A stretch of 64,000 nt of DNA from Myxococcales bacterium (lineage in GTDB: Bacteria > Desulfobacterota > Binatia > HRBIN30). Each line of letters begins with the position of its first letter. Position 1 is the stretch's first letter. Both the position numbers and the translations under genes were made by a program. Below are positions 1-11,252 of the stretch, piece by piece. The notes beneath the pieces were generated by a model. It saw only the letters and a list, made by a program, of their open reading frames with translations. It made no database searches and was not told the DNA's origin. Location: NCBI GenBank assembly GCA_037445065.1, contig JBBILD010000001.1:96001-160000 (forward strand). Direction: 5' to 3'.

Positions 1-1349
1 TTGAAACGGCGGAAGCCGGACCATGAGTCTCCGGAACGATCAAGAAACCCTAAGCCGACACCCGCAGCGGCAATCAGGACTGTGTAGCCAATGCGGCGCA
101 CGGAATTGGGGAGAAGAGGCGAAAGGAAGTACCACCCCAGAAATAACAGGATGGCTCCGAAGAGGTGTTCCACCCAGACGAGCCAGTCACCGGCTCGGGG
201 CAGGGCTCGCAACGATCCCGCCGCGAGCGCGAGGGCCAGATACGGTAGTCCGAGCCCGAGGCCCAGTGCGCTGAAGAGCTCCAGACCGAGCCACGGTTGC
301 TTTTGGCTGCTCACGAACACGATCAGACCCACGACCACAGGACCAATACACGGAGCGGCGACGATCCCCATGCTCAATCCCATGAGGAGGGCACCCAGCA
401 TGCCGGGGCTGCTTGTACCAGCAATCCGCAGCCATCGAGCCGGTAGGCGGAGCTGGTATACCCCAAAGGATGCAAGCGCCAGGACAACCATCAGCCCCGC
501 GGCCCCGATGAGAACGATGGGCTTTTGCAACCAGGCCCCGAACAAACCTCCAGTTAACGCTGCGGCCGCGCCCAGTGACGCGAAGCTGACGACGATTCCC
601 GCAACATACAGGGAAGCGAGCATCACGAGGTGGCGGAAACTCTGTCGAGCTTGGCGCCCGAAGTACGCAAGGGTCACAGAAATGAGAGGGTAAACACAGG
701 GGGTCAGATTCAACCCTAAGCCCAGCAGCAAAACGAGCAAATAGGTTGCTAAATGCCCCCGCTGCTCTAACCAGGCGGCGAAGTCAAATGGGCCGGTGCT
801 AAGACCTACGGTCCCCACCTGGTCGCCAGTTGTGGAGGCGGCATCCCCGACCGGCAGAAGCAAGGACGCATGGGTGGTTGCGGGCGGTGCGCACGTGGTG
901 TCTGTACAGGCTTGGTAGCGTAGCTTGGCCTCGAGGCGAACCTCCGAAGCGAGATACTCGGGCGGGAGTTCGATCCACGTGAGGAACCGTACGGTCCCTT
1001 CGTAAACGCGCAGCACCTTTTGCGGGGCAAAGGAGAAAGAGCGAGTTTCTGGAGGCGGGTATTGCACGGGACCGATGCGGACGCCTTGGTCGGAAGCGAG
1101 CTGTAACTCGCTCGGTACGAGGAAGGGCTCCGTCGGGTCGTTGGCGTGAATATGCCACCCGGAGGCAATATCCGCTCGTACTTCTACTGGCACGCGGCCT
1201 CCTCGCACTGCCGCCGGAGCGAGAGAATGGAAGCGCAGCTTTACGACGTCAGACCCGCTGGCAAGGCTGGGTAGGATAGCCAGCGCAAAGCTGATCCACC
1301 GTGCGGCGAGCAGCCATTTGCTGATGCCCACGGCCGCGTCCCTAATCAT
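1..1349 (-). CDS. dsbD: Thiol:disulfide interchange protein DsbD-like (partial; 3' end runs off window start)
   Basis: Not in the ORF track (no stop in window). Manual translation from ATG 1349: MIRDAAVGISKWLLAARW...; N-terminal DsbD domain motifs GWHIHAN and YQACTDTTCAPP, then TM domain LNLTPCVYPLI and VVGPCIGP. Confidence 0.85.
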   Translation of the reverse strand, partial: MIRDAAVGISKWLLAARWISFALAILPSLASGSDVVKLRFHSLAPAAVRGGRVPVEVRADIASGWHIHANDPTEPFLVPSELQLASDQGVRIGPVQYPPPETRSFSFAPQKVLRVYEGTVRFLTWIELPPEYLASEVRLEAKLRYQACTDTTCAPPATTHASLLLPVGDAASTTGDQVGTVGLSTGPFDFAAWLEQRGHLATYLLVLLLGLGLNLTPCVYPLISVTLAYFGRQARQSFRHLVMLASLYVAGIVVSFASLGAAAALTGGLFGAWLQKPIVLIGAAGLMVVLALASFGVYQLRLPARWLRIAGTSSPGMLGALLMGLSMGIVAAPCIGPVVVGLIVFVSSQKQPWLGLELFSALGLGLGLPYLALALAAGSLRALPRAGDWLVWVEHLFGAILLFLGWYFLSPLLPNSVRRIGYTVLIAAAGVGLGFLDRSGDSWSGFRRF

Positions 1350-1396
1350 GTGCCCCGGTTGCTTGCAATTTGCGCAGCCGGCACCATGCGTGGGCC

Positions 1397-2281
1397 ATGC
1401 GAGCGCAATGGGTGAACCTGAGTCTGTTTTGCTTGATTCTCTCATGGGTTGTTTCCGTGCGGGCTCAGTCGCCCTCCGCTCTCGCTCCATTACGAACGGA
1501 AGTGGCTGCGCCGGTAGGCGATGGCATCGCGGAAGCGAGCCTAGCGTTCGTGTACCAGCGGAACGAGCGTTTTCCGTTTTTCACCACTCCCGGAGCGATC
1601 CGCACGCAGGATCGCATTCACCTGCCGGTGCTGAGATTCCGCGCCGGGGTGGGCTCGCGCGTTGAGATCGACGCCCAGCACGAAATGATCTACCTGGACG
1701 AGACAACTCGCGACGGCTTGTCCAACTGGCAGTACGGGACCGGGGATGCGCAGCTTCACACGAAGGTCGCCGTCGTGAAGGAGCAGGGGCTCGTTCCGGC
1801 AATCTCCGTCCGCTTCGGTACCAAGCTCCCGAACGCGAGCCGCGTTGATCGACTCGGCACCGATGAGACCGATTTCGACATCCTTGCGTTGCTAAGCAAG
1901 GACCTGGGAACTGTGTCTCTTCACACCAACTTGGGGATCGCTCTTCTCGGCAATCCTGGATCATCCCCGCTGCCCGGTGCTTTCGAAGCCGGAGGTCAGG
2001 ATGACCTATTTGTTTACTCCGTGGCCTTGGCTTCTAGGCCCTGGGCTGTTTGGGGCCAGGAAGCTCCTGCGCTCCGATGGGTCCTAGAGTTCGATGGTAC
2101 GACAGGGTCGCGGTTCGGTAACGATCGCTCGCGCTGGAGTGCGGGGGTCAGATGGGAGCACCTCGGCTGGAGCTATTTCTTCGGCGGCAGCGCGGGGCTA
2201 ACGCGAGGCAGCGAAGACTTCGGGCTCGGCCTGGGCCTGGCGTACCGATGGGATTTGGGAGCGTTGTTGCGCGGCCCGTGA
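1397..2281 (+). CDS. Secreted / outer-membrane beta-barrel-like protein (MetA-pathway 'transporter'-like)
   Basis: Signal-peptide-like N-terminus, alternating amphipathic strands, GTGD and KLP motifs, aromatic C-terminal strand (GLGLAYRW). Start at ATG 1397 chosen within ORF 1370..2281. Confidence 0.55.
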   Translation: MRAQWVNLSLFCLILSWVVSVRAQSPSALAPLRTEVAAPVGDGIAEASLAFVYQRNERFPFFTTPGAIRTQDRIHLPVLRFRAGVGSRVEIDAQHEMIYLDETTRDGLSNWQYGTGDAQLHTKVAVVKEQGLVPAISVRFGTKLPNASRVDRLGTDETDFDILALLSKDLGTVSLHTNLGIALLGNPGSSPLPGAFEAGGQDDLFVYSVALASRPWAVWGQEAPALRWVLEFDGTTGSRFGNDRSRWSAGVRWEHLGWSYFFGGSAGLTRGSEDFGLGLGLAYRWDLGALLRGP

Positions 2282-2301
2282 GAGAAAGACCGTTGGAAGG
2301 T

Positions 2302-3513
2302 TCAAGGCGCCGTTCGTCGAGCAGCCCGCCTGCGATGCGTCCGCGCGTTTTCGAGCGCAGTATCGTGCAGATGAATGGGCACACACTCGACGATCTCTAG
2401 CCCATACCCAGGCAGACTGACGAGCCGCCGAGGGAAGTTGCTCAGCAAACGAATTTTACGTACGCCAACATCGCGTAAGATTTGCGCCCCGATCCCGTAG
2501 TCCCGAAACGCTCGCTGCCGAGAGTCGGGATCTGTGGTGGGGTTGCGCGCAAAGGCCTTCTTGATCTGTGCGAGTTCCGCTCCTCGCCCCTCTCGTCGGA
2601 GATACACGATGACGCCTTTTCCAGCCTCGCCAATCGTCCGCATGGCTTCGTGTAGTAGCGCGGCGGTGTTTTGTTCCGCCATTTGAAAGACGTCTCCGGG
2701 TAAAAACTCGGCGTGGGCCCGGACAAGCACGGGCTCTTCCGGATCGAACTCGCCCTTCACCAGGGCAACGTGCTCTCCTTCGTCCACGTCGGTGTGATAG
2801 ACAAAGATGCGAAATTCGCCTCCGTAGCGGCTGTACAACTTTGCCTCCGCAACGCGATGGACCAAAGAGTCGTGCTGAAGGCGGTACTGGACCAGATCGG
2901 CAATTGTACAAATCTTCAGGTTGTGCTCCGCGGCAAAACGTTCCAAATCCGGCAGGCGGGCCATGGTTCCGTCTTCTTTCATGATCTCACAAATCACGCC
3001 GGCCGGTTTGAGCCCGGCGAGTCGAGCAAGATCAACAGAGCCTTCCGTCTGACCGGTTCGCACTAGCACGCCTCCACGCCGGGCAATCAAGGGGAAGACG
3101 TGCCCCGGAACGACAAAATCAGTCGGCCGAGCCCCCGGTCGGATCGCGGCGCGAATCGTGTGCGCGCGGTCCGCGGCGCTCACTCCGGCCGCAATCCCAT
3201 GCTTCGCATCAATGGAAACCGTGAAGGCTGTTCCCAAGGGAGCGCGGTTTTCCTCTACCATCATGGTCAGGCCAAGCTGGTGGGCGTGTTCCTCCGTGAG
3301 GGTCAGGCAAATCAACCCGCGGCCGTATTTGGTCATGAAGTTAATCGCTTCCGGGGTCACCTTCTCCGCGGCCAAGCACAAGTCCCCTTCGTTTTCCCGA
3401 GTTTCGTCATCCATGAGAATGATCATCTTGCCCGCCCGCAGGTCGGCCAAGCACTCTTCAATGGGGCTGGTACGTTTAGGCCGCCGAGAAGGCAAACGAA
3501 CCGCTGTAAACAT
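2302..3513 (-). CDS. ribB: 3,4-dihydroxy-2-butanone-4-phosphate synthase fused to a degenerate GTP cyclohydrolase II domain (RibBX-type)
   Basis: RibB motifs DDETRENEGDL, GLIC, TAFTVSID, PGHVFPL, RTGQTE, VICEI. C-terminal RibA-like domain (EGRG, RDYGIGAQIL) lacks the Zn-binding cysteines. Confidence 0.9.
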   Translation of the reverse strand: MFTAVRLPSRRPKRTSPIEECLADLRAGKMIILMDDETRENEGDLCLAAEKVTPEAINFMTKYGRGLICLTLTEEHAHQLGLTMMVEENRAPLGTAFTVSIDAKHGIAAGVSAADRAHTIRAAIRPGARPTDFVVPGHVFPLIARRGGVLVRTGQTEGSVDLARLAGLKPAGVICEIMKEDGTMARLPDLERFAAEHNLKICTIADLVQYRLQHDSLVHRVAEAKLYSRYGGEFRIFVYHTDVDEGEHVALVKGEFDPEEPVLVRAHAEFLPGDVFQMAEQNTAALLHEAMRTIGEAGKGVIVYLRREGRGAELAQIKKAFARNPTTDPDSRQRAFRDYGIGAQILRDVGVRKIRLLSNFPRRLVSLPGYGLEIVECVPIHLHDTALENARTHRRRAARRTAP

Positions 3514-3699
3514 GGTGCCAGAGCGTATAGCGAAGGGCTTCTGATCGAGAAAGCAAGGCCTTTGGCCGGGCAAAGCGAGACCCTGGGTGGCGGGTGAGAT
3601 TCAATGTCCGCTCCGCGCAGAGTTCCCCACAAGGCTTGCACAGGAGCGCAAAATTGCGTTCCTTGGTACCACGCACCGAGTGCGCGGTGGCTGCGATCC

Positions 3700-4182
3700 A
3701 TGCGAATATCGGAAAAAGTCGACGGATCTCTAGTGCTCGTCGGGAAATCGTGGGGAAGCTTCGAGGAAACTGTGCGCGCCATGGTCGAGCATCTCGCAGC
3801 CGCGGGCCGTTTGCCAGCGGAACTGGTCGAGCCCACGATCGACGGTGTTTGCCGGCGAGAACGGGAAGCGAGCATGACGATGGCGGACGTTGGGGTGAGC
3901 GTACCTCACCTGCGCGTGCCAGGGGTTCGGGGAATCGTCTGGGCATTGGCGGTGGCTGCCCCAGCAGTGTTTTCAGTCGGTGTCGGTCTGCCGATTTCCA
4001 TCGTGGCACTCGTGCTTTCCTCGCCTTCTCTCGTTGGCGATCATTTGGAGTTCCTTTCGTCGTTGTCGCTGCTCCTCCAGTCCCCGCGTTGTCGGCAACG
4101 ATTGATGCAGGCTCGCTCGAGCGAGGAGGTCGTGGCGGTCATTCAGGCGTTCGAGGAGCGCGGTGGCCCCTTGGCTCGCTGA
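3700..4182 (+). CDS. PTS EIIA domain protein (PtsN/fructose-mannitol EIIA family)
   Basis: RRERE.SMT...GVSVPHLR motif containing the phosphorylatable His, and C-terminal HLEFLSSLS...RQRL pattern. Confidence 0.75.
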   Translation: MRISEKVDGSLVLVGKSWGSFEETVRAMVEHLAAAGRLPAELVEPTIDGVCRREREASMTMADVGVSVPHLRVPGVRGIVWALAVAAPAVFSVGVGLPISIVALVLSSPSLVGDHLEFLSSLSLLLQSPRCRQRLMQARSSEEVVAVIQAFEERGGPLAR

Positions 4183-4224
4183 TGGAGTGGCCTGCTAGAC
4201 ACGCCGGTACAGGGAGACAAAGCT

Positions 4225-6981
4225 GTGGAAAACCTTGATGCGTTGCTGCGAGCGAACGCGGAGTACGTCGAGCATTTGTACGAGCAATACCGTCGCGACC
4301 CGCAGTCCGTGGATCCCTCTTGGGCGCTGCTCTTCGCGGGCTTCGAGATGGGGCGCTCGGTAGCGGTTCGCACCCCCGCCACGGGGAAAGTGAGCGAAGG
4401 TTTGGTCTCACGCCGCCAAATCGGCGTCTACAACCTCATTCACTCGTATCGGGAGATTGGGCATTTAATCGCCAACTTGGACCCTTTGGGGGACAACTTG
4501 CAGGCGCACCCGCTGCTCGAGCCCGAGGAGTTCGGCTTCTCTGCCGATGAGTTGGATACGATCGTAGTGGAGACGCCGACGCTGAAGGGGTTCACCCGGG
4601 GCACGTTGCGAGAGGTCATCGAGCGCTTGCGCGCGATTTACTGCGGAACCCTGGGAATCGAGTACATGGATACCGACAGCAAAGAGGAGAGAACCTGGTT
4701 TCAGGATCGCATCGAACCAACCCTGAACAAACCGCGATTGGACTCGGAACAACGCAAGTCGGTTCTCTACCGCCTGACTCAGGCCGAAGCCTTTGAGCAG
4801 TTTTTGCAGGTGAAATACCTGGGTCAGAAGCGCTTTTCCCTGGAAGGCGCCGAGGCTCTGATCCCCTTGCTGGACGCGCTGATTGAAGAATCGGTTGAGA
4901 ATGGTGTGGAAGAGATCGTGATGGGCATGGCGCATCGGGGACGCCTGAACGTGCTCGCCCACGTATTGCGGAAGCCGTACGAGATGATCTTTGCGGAATT
5001 CGAGGGAACTCGACTGCCCCCGCACGTACCGGGGGACGGGGATGTAAAATACCACTTGGGTTACTCAAAGGACCTGGTGACTAGCAGCGGTCGCAAGGTG
5101 CACCTGTCGTTGTGTTCCAATCCGAGCCACTTGGAAGCCGTCAACCCTGTGGTCGAGGGGATCGTCCGCGGCAAACAGTATTACATGGGAGATGTTGACG
5201 GTACGCGAGTGCAACCCGTGCTGATCCACGGCGATGCTGCCTTTTGTGGTCAGGGGATTGTAGCCGAGACGTTGGCGCTCACTGCGCTGCCGGGATACCG
5301 AACGGGGGGCACGATTCATATTATCGTGAATAACCAAATCGGCTTTACCACTTCGCCGCCTGATTACCGCCCCACGCGCTACCCGACCGATATTGCGAAG
5401 TTTCTGCATGTGCCGGTGTTGCACGTAAACGCAGACGACCCCGAGGCGGCGATCCAAGCCGCCCGTTTGGCAGCCGCCTATCGCGCTCGGTTTCGACGCG
5501 ACGTTTTTATCGACCTCGTTTGCTACCGCCGTCATGGCCACAACGAGACGGACGACCCGACGTTCACCCAGCCGGTGCTGTACCGGAAAATTCAGGAGCA
5601 TCCTACGGTGCGGGCGCTTTACGCTGAGAAACTGTTGCACGACGGGGTGGTGACTCGCGAGGAACTGGATCGGCAGGCGGCATCGCTGCGCGAGATCTTC
5701 GAGGATGCTCTCAATTACGCCAGGGATTTCATGCCACGGCAGCAAGTGTTTGTGTTTGGGGGCGTATGGAAAGGGATGCGCTGGGCAGGTGACGACTGGA
5801 GCGCCCACACCGCCGTAGCCCGTGAAACGCTGGACGCGATTGTCCAGGCTGTGCAGCGGGTGCCGGAAGGCTTTTCCGTGCATCCCAAGGTGCGAAAACT
5901 TTACGAGCAGCGCGCCCAGATGCTGCAGGGCGAGGGAGAAGTGGACTGGGCTTGCGCGGAAATGCTCGCCTTCGGCACCTTGCTACTCGAAGGAACGCAT
6001 GTGCGATTGGCCGGCCAGGATAGTGGCCGGGGTACGTTCAGCCAGCGGCACGCAGTCTGGCGTGATCTGCAAACCGGGAACGCGTACGTGCCCTTGAACC
6101 AGCTAGCGGAACGGCAGGGATGTTTTACGGTCCTCGATACGATGCTTTCAGAGCTTGCCGTCTTGGGGTTCGAGTATGGCTTTAGCTCCGCTGACCCCCG
6201 GAACCTCGTGCTTTGGGAGGCCCAGTTCGGTGACTTTGCCAACAATGCTCAGGTCATTATCGACCAGTTCATCAGTTCCGCCGAGTCCAAGTGGCAGAAG
6301 ATGAGTGGTTTGGTCCTCTTGCTGCCGCACGGATACGAAGGCCAAGGGCCAGAGCATTCTAGCGCCCGCTTGGAGCGCTTTTTACAGCTCTGCGCAGAGA
6401 ACAATATGCAAGTCTGCAACTTGACGACACCAGCGCAGTACTTTCACGCGCTGCGCCGGCAAATCCACAGGAACTTCCGGAAGCCGTTGATCCTCATGAC
6501 ACCGAAGAGTTTGCTTCGTCACAAGTTGTGCGTTTCGCCGGTGGAGGATTTTACCGACGGCACCTTTCAACCGGTGCTCGGCGATGTGGATCCGATTGTG
6601 CCCTCGAAAGTGCGCCGCGTGGTCCTCTGTTCCGGGAAGATCTTTTACGACTTGTTGGTGGCCCGGCACGAACGAGACATTGATGATATTGCCTTCGTGC
6701 GGGTAGAACAGTTGTATCCGTTCCCGGAAAAAGAACTGCAGGCAATCCTGCAGCAGTATCCGCCGCGGTGCGAGATCATGTGGGCACAGGAAGAGCCTTG
6801 GAACATGGGAGCTTGGCCCGAAATGTTCCGCCGCTTGCTTCGCGTGGTCGGCATGGAGAGGCCGATCCTGTACGCGGGCCGCAGAGCAGCAGCGAGCCCA
6901 GCCACGGGATCGTACAAGGTACACCAAAGCGAGGAGCAAGAGGTGATTCAGGCGGCACTGCGGAGGACTTATGGCCGTTGA
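4225..6981 (+). CDS. sucA: 2-oxoglutarate dehydrogenase E1
   Basis: [71 protein letters not shown]. Confidence 0.97.
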   Translation: MENLDALLRANAEYVEHLYEQYRRDPQSVDPSWALLFAGFEMGRSVAVRTPATGKVSEGLVSRRQIGVYNLIHSYREIGHLIANLDPLGDNLQAHPLLEPEEFGFSADELDTIVVETPTLKGFTRGTLREVIERLRAIYCGTLGIEYMDTDSKEERTWFQDRIEPTLNKPRLDSEQRKSVLYRLTQAEAFEQFLQVKYLGQKRFSLEGAEALIPLLDALIEESVENGVEEIVMGMAHRGRLNVLAHVLRKPYEMIFAEFEGTRLPPHVPGDGDVKYHLGYSKDLVTSSGRKVHLSLCSNPSHLEAVNPVVEGIVRGKQYYMGDVDGTRVQPVLIHGDAAFCGQGIVAETLALTALPGYRTGGTIHIIVNNQIGFTTSPPDYRPTRYPTDIAKFLHVPVLHVNADDPEAAIQAARLAAAYRARFRRDVFIDLVCYRRHGHNETDDPTFTQPVLYRKIQEHPTVRALYAEKLLHDGVVTREELDRQAASLREIFEDALNYARDFMPRQQVFVFGGVWKGMRWAGDDWSAHTAVARETLDAIVQAVQRVPEGFSVHPKVRKLYEQRAQMLQGEGEVDWACAEMLAFGTLLLEGTHVRLAGQDSGRGTFSQRHAVWRDLQTGNAYVPLNQLAERQGCFTVLDTMLSELAVLGFEYGFSSADPRNLVLWEAQFGDFANNAQVIIDQFISSAESKWQKMSGLVLLLPHGYEGQGPEHSSARLERFLQLCAENNMQVCNLTTPAQYFHALRRQIHRNFRKPLILMTPKSLLRHKLCVSPVEDFTDGTFQPVLGDVDPIVPSKVRRVVLCSGKIFYDLLVARHERDIDDIAFVRVEQLYPFPEKELQAILQQYPPRCEIMWAQEEPWNMGAWPEMFRRLLRVVGMERPILYAGRRAAASPATGSYKVHQSEEQEVIQAALRRTYGR

Positions 6982-8269
6982 GGTGCGGATTCCGAGCCTA
7001 GGCGAATCGATTACGGAGGGGGTCATCGTTCGCTGGATCAAACAAGAGGGCGAAGAGGTGCGGGCGGATGAACCGCTCCTCGAGTTGGAGACAGAAAAAG
7101 CGAGTGTTGAAATTCCTGCCGCCGCAACGGGACGGCTGCGCGTTTTGAAGGCCGCCGGAACCACTGTGCGTGTAGGCGAGGTTGTGGCCATGATCGAGAC
7201 CGAGGCCGCCCACGCTGCTCGGTCGGTTGGCGCGCGGCAGGCGGCCCCTGAGAAACAGCGTGCTCCCTCCCTCACGTCACCGGCAGCGCCGCAAGAGCGC
7301 CCGGAAAAACCGGCAGCAACAAGCGAAGCGCTGCCTCCATTGAGCCCCGCAGTGCGGAGGCTTGTCGAAGAGCACGGCCTCGATGCGAGCACGATCCCAG
7401 GCACGGGCAAAGGTGGGAGGTTGACGAAAGCAGACGTTCTGGCGCGCTTAGAGGAATTGCAGCGAGAGGCGTCTTCAAGTGCCTCACAGCCGGCCCCGGG
7501 AGGGGCGGCCGAGCCGTTGGGCGGCACTCCGCGCGCGGCCGAGGAACCCATCGTTCGGCCCCCGGAGGAGCGCAAGGAGCGGCGCGTTCCCATGACCCCG
7601 TTGCGCCGCAGGATTGCGGAACGCCTGGTCCAGGCTCAGCGTACGGCGGCGATTTTGACCACGTTCAACGAAGTGGACATGAGCGCGGTACTCGAACTGC
7701 GGGCGCGATACCGCGACTCGTTCCAGAAACGGCACGGAATTGGTCTGGGCCTGATGTCTTTCTTTGCCAAGGCGTGTGTCGCGGCCCTGCAGGAAATTCC
7801 GGTGGTGAATGCCTTTATTGACGACGAGGACATCGTATACCACGACTACGTTCACCTGGGGATCGCAGTTGCCACCACGCGCGGGTTGGTGGTGCCGGTG
7901 ATTCGCCACGCCGAGCGGCGATCGTTTGCAGAGATCGAACAGGAAATCGAACGCTTGGCAGGACTTGCCCGGGAGGGCAAACTCGGCATCGAGGATGTTT
8001 CTGGAGGCACGTTTACGATTACAAACGGTGGGGTGTTCGGGTCTTTGCTGTCCACCCCGATTCTCAACCCGCCTCAGAGCGGCATTTTGGGCATGCACAA
8101 GATCGAGAAACGACCTGTCGTGGTGAACGATCAAATCGTAGTTCGGCCGATGATGTATGTTGCGCTTTCGTACGATCATCGCTTGGTGGATGGAGAGCAA
8201 GCGGTCACCTTCCTGGTACGGGTGAAGGAGCGAATCGAAGACCCTTCGCGCCTCCTGCTCGATCTGTGA
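6971..8269 (+). CDS. sucB: Dihydrolipoamide succinyltransferase E2
   Basis: Lipoyl domain ETEKA, E3-binding domain [12 protein letters not shown], catalytic SYDHRLVDG; overlaps the sucA stop. Confidence 0.96.
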   Translation: MAVEVRIPSLGESITEGVIVRWIKQEGEEVRADEPLLELETEKASVEIPAAATGRLRVLKAAGTTVRVGEVVAMIETEAAHAARSVGARQAAPEKQRAPSLTSPAAPQERPEKPAATSEALPPLSPAVRRLVEEHGLDASTIPGTGKGGRLTKADVLARLEELQREASSSASQPAPGGAAEPLGGTPRAAEEPIVRPPEERKERRVPMTPLRRRIAERLVQAQRTAAILTTFNEVDMSAVLELRARYRDSFQKRHGIGLGLMSFFAKACVAALQEIPVVNAFIDDEDIVYHDYVHLGIAVATTRGLVVPVIRHAERRSFAEIEQEIERLAGLAREGKLGIEDVSGGTFTITNGGVFGSLLSTPILNPPQSGILGMHKIEKRPVVVNDQIVVRPMMYVALSYDHRLVDGEQAVTFLVRVKERIEDPSRLLLDL

Positions 8270-8328
8270 AGAGCGTGGCGGACTCGCGGCCGAACATCTG
8301 AGGAGCCAGGCGGAGAGAGGAGTGAGGA

Positions 8329-9747
8329 ATGCCAGCAGACTCTGGTATGCCTACAGGAGTGTTTGACCTCGTCGTGATTGGCGCAGGGCCGGGGGGATAC
8401 ATTGCCGCGATTCGAGCGGCACAGCTCGGGATGAAAGTGGCTTGCGTCGAGAAGGAAGCTGCGCTCGGTGGCACATGTCTCAACATCGGGTGCATCCCGA
8501 GCAAAGCCTTGCTTGACTCGAGCGAGCATTACTACGCTGCGCGGACCGAGTTTGCGGCGCACGGCATTCGGGTCAACACGGTCTCGCTCGATTTAGCCGC
8601 GATGATGACGCGCAAAGAACGCGTGGTGAAAACCCTTACGCAAGGCATTGCGGGGTTGTTCAAAAAACATGGAATCGAGCGGATTACCGGTATCGGTCGC
8701 ATCGCGGCTCCAGGCGAGGTTCAGGTCCAGGGCGAAAAAGCGGAACAGCGCTTGCGCGCAAAGAGAATTTTGATTGCGACCGGAAGTGTCCCTGCCGCGC
8801 TTCCGGGCGTACCTTTCGATGGACAGAAGATCCTGTCATCCACGGAGGCCTTGTCCCTCCGCTCGGTGCCGAAGCGATTGCTGGTCGTCGGTGCAGGCGC
8901 GGTCGGGCTCGAGTTGGGGTCGGTCTGGGCCCGTTTGGGAAGCGAGGTTCTCGTAGTCGAACTGCTCCCGCGGATTGTGCCCGGGATGGATCGCGGTCTC
9001 GCGGAACTGTTGCAAAAGTCGTTGCAGAAGCAGGGGCTCAAATTCGAACTCGAGACGACGGTGCGCAAGGCCGAGGTGCAAGCGGACGGAGTACGCGTAA
9101 CCGTGGAGCGGCAAGGGCAGCAGCGGGAAGTCTCGGTGGATTGCGTTCTTGTGGCGGTTGGTCGCAAACCGTTTACCGAGGGATTAGGACTCGAGGCGCT
9201 GGGAGTTGTGTGTGACAGAGCGGGGCGGATTCAGGTGAACCAAGATTACGAAACCACGGTGCGCGGCATTTACGCGATCGGAGATGTCATTCCCGGCCCC
9301 ATGCTAGCGCACAAGGCGGAAGAAGAAGGAGTTGCGGCTGTGGAGCGGATGTGTGGCATCGCCGGCCACGTCAATTACAACGCGATTCCCAACGTCGTGT
9401 ATACGAACCCCGAGCTGGCCGGCGTGGGGCAGACGGAGGAAGAGGCCCGCGCCGCGGGTTTGGACGTGCGCGTGGGCGTGTTTCCTTTCCTTGCAAACGG
9501 GCGGGCACGCTGCCTCGGAAATCCAGAGGGGCAAGTGAAAGTGGTTGCCGATGTTCGGACCGATCGAATCCTAGGGGTTCACATACTCGGCCCACGGGCT
9601 TCGGACTTGATTGCGGAGGCGGTTCTGGCGATCGAGTTTGGCGCGAGCGCCGAGGATTTGGCTCGAACCTGCCATGCACACCCAACTCTTCCGGAAGCCC
9701 TCAAAGAAGCTGCACTCGCTGTTGCGGGGCGTCCATTGAATCTTTGA
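8329..9747 (+). CDS. lpdA: Dihydrolipoamide dehydrogenase E3
   Basis: GAGPGG, GGTCLNIGCIPSK redox disulfide, HAHPTLPE. Confidence 0.97.
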   Translation: MPADSGMPTGVFDLVVIGAGPGGYIAAIRAAQLGMKVACVEKEAALGGTCLNIGCIPSKALLDSSEHYYAARTEFAAHGIRVNTVSLDLAAMMTRKERVVKTLTQGIAGLFKKHGIERITGIGRIAAPGEVQVQGEKAEQRLRAKRILIATGSVPAALPGVPFDGQKILSSTEALSLRSVPKRLLVVGAGAVGLELGSVWARLGSEVLVVELLPRIVPGMDRGLAELLQKSLQKQGLKFELETTVRKAEVQADGVRVTVERQGQQREVSVDCVLVAVGRKPFTEGLGLEALGVVCDRAGRIQVNQDYETTVRGIYAIGDVIPGPMLAHKAEEEGVAAVERMCGIAGHVNYNAIPNVVYTNPELAGVGQTEEEARAAGLDVRVGVFPFLANGRARCLGNPEGQVKVVADVRTDRILGVHILGPRASDLIAEAVLAIEFGASAEDLARTCHAHPTLPEALKEAALAVAGRPLNL

Positions 9748-9923
9748 GGAGGCGCGTGCCTTCACCCTCAACGATGGAGGGTGGGGCCCGCAGAGCAGGG
9801 TGCACTTTGGAAACCCGCCGATAGGCGTTTGTCGGAACCCGCGCGCCGGTTGCCATTCGGCTGCAAGCTGCAAACAAAGGGAAGGCTCACTCGGGAGTTT
9901 GTGGTTCAAAGAGGGACGCAGGC

Positions 9924-11228
9924 ATGAGCGCAAAACACCTTGCTGTTCTGGTGGGCGGCGGCCCCGCCCCGGGAATCAACAGTGTGATTGGAGCAGCTAC
10001 GATCCGAGCCCAGTTAGAAGGGGTGCCGGTGCTGGGCGTTCGCGACGGGTTCGAGCACATCATGCAAGGACGCACCGACCAGGTAGTACCGCTCACCATT
10101 GAAAAAGTGAGTCGGGTACATTTTCGCGGAGGATCCATCATTGGGATCTCGCGCGCCAACCCGACTAAAAGTGCAGATCTTCTCGAGCGGTGCGTGCGCA
10201 CGTTGTTGCAACTGAACGTGAACTCGCTGATCACGATCGGCGGAGATGACACAGCCTACTCCGCGATGCGCCTGGCGCAGCAGTCCGCTGGCCGTCTGCG
10301 TGTGGTGCACGTGCCGAAGACCATTGACAACGACTTGGATCTGCCACCTCACGTGGACACGTTCGGCTTTCAGACGGCCCGCCACGTCGGTGTCGAACTG
10401 GTGAAAAACCTCATGGTCGACGCCTACACGACCTCGCGCTGGTACATTGTGGTCACCATGGGCCGCAAAGCTGGACACTTGGCCTTAGGAATCGGCAAAG
10501 CGGCGGGAGCAACGCTGACCTTGATCCTCGAGGAGTTCCTGGGTCGGCCGGTGCGTTTGCAGCATGTCACCGACATATTGGTTACAGCGATCCTCAAACG
10601 CTTGGCCGACGGCCGGCGCGACGGAGTGGCAGTGGTGGCGGAAGGGGTGGTACTCGATATGGCCCCGGAGGACATCCAAGGGCTCGAAAACGTCGAGCGC
10701 GATGAACACGGCAACGTCCGTTTGGCTGAGATCGATCTGGGCGAGATTCTCAAGAGAGCGGTCACCGCTCAGCTCCGGGCGATGGGAATCAAATTAACCG
10801 TTCAGGCCAAAAACATTGGCTATGAATTGCGTTGCGCCGATCCGATTCCGTACGACATGGAATACACGCGGGACCTTGGTTACTGCGCCGCAAAATACTT
10901 GCTCGAAGGGGGTGATCAGGTGATGGTTTCTCTTCAGGGCGGGCAGTTCGTTCCGATTCCGTTTACCCAGCTTCTCGACCCGAACACTGGGCGTGCGCGA
11001 GTGCGCCTCGTTGATATTTTTTCCACCCGCTACGCGATTGCACGGCGGTACATGATCCGACTGCGCAGGGATGATTTCGAACGGCCGCAGGAAATCGAGC
11101 GCTTTGCACGTGTCGCGGGTATGACGGCGGAGGAGTTTCGGCGCCGGTACGAGTACTTGGTCGATCTCGAACCGCCCCCTCTCGTCCTACCCAAAGCGAG
11201 CTGGGGTGGGGCGGGTCCGGTGCTTTAG
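9924..11228 (+). CDS. pfp: Pyrophosphate-dependent 6-phosphofructokinase
   Basis: GGGPAPG, GGDDT (Asp typical of PPi specificity), PKTIDND, MGR, GYELR. Confidence 0.9.
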   Translation: MSAKHLAVLVGGGPAPGINSVIGAATIRAQLEGVPVLGVRDGFEHIMQGRTDQVVPLTIEKVSRVHFRGGSIIGISRANPTKSADLLERCVRTLLQLNVNSLITIGGDDTAYSAMRLAQQSAGRLRVVHVPKTIDNDLDLPPHVDTFGFQTARHVGVELVKNLMVDAYTTSRWYIVVTMGRKAGHLALGIGKAAGATLTLILEEFLGRPVRLQHVTDILVTAILKRLADGRRDGVAVVAEGVVLDMAPEDIQGLENVERDEHGNVRLAEIDLGEILKRAVTAQLRAMGIKLTVQAKNIGYELRCADPIPYDMEYTRDLGYCAAKYLLEGGDQVMVSLQGGQFVPIPFTQLLDPNTGRARVRLVDIFSTRYAIARRYMIRLRRDDFERPQEIERFARVAGMTAEEFRRRYEYLVDLEPPPLVLPKASWGGAGPVL

Positions 11229-11252
11229 CGCGGAGGACGAGCGGCCCAAACT

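Noticed and set aside
6382..8200. Long antisense ORFs (e.g. 6382..7593, 7484..8200) and many similar ones elsewhere
   Set aside because: They are shadows of well-supported genes on the opposite strand, expected in high-GC DNA, and carry no motifs.
9760..9787. CACCCTC/GAGGGTG hairpin after lpdA
   Set aside because: No U-tract; cannot be distinguished from a chance GC-rich stem.
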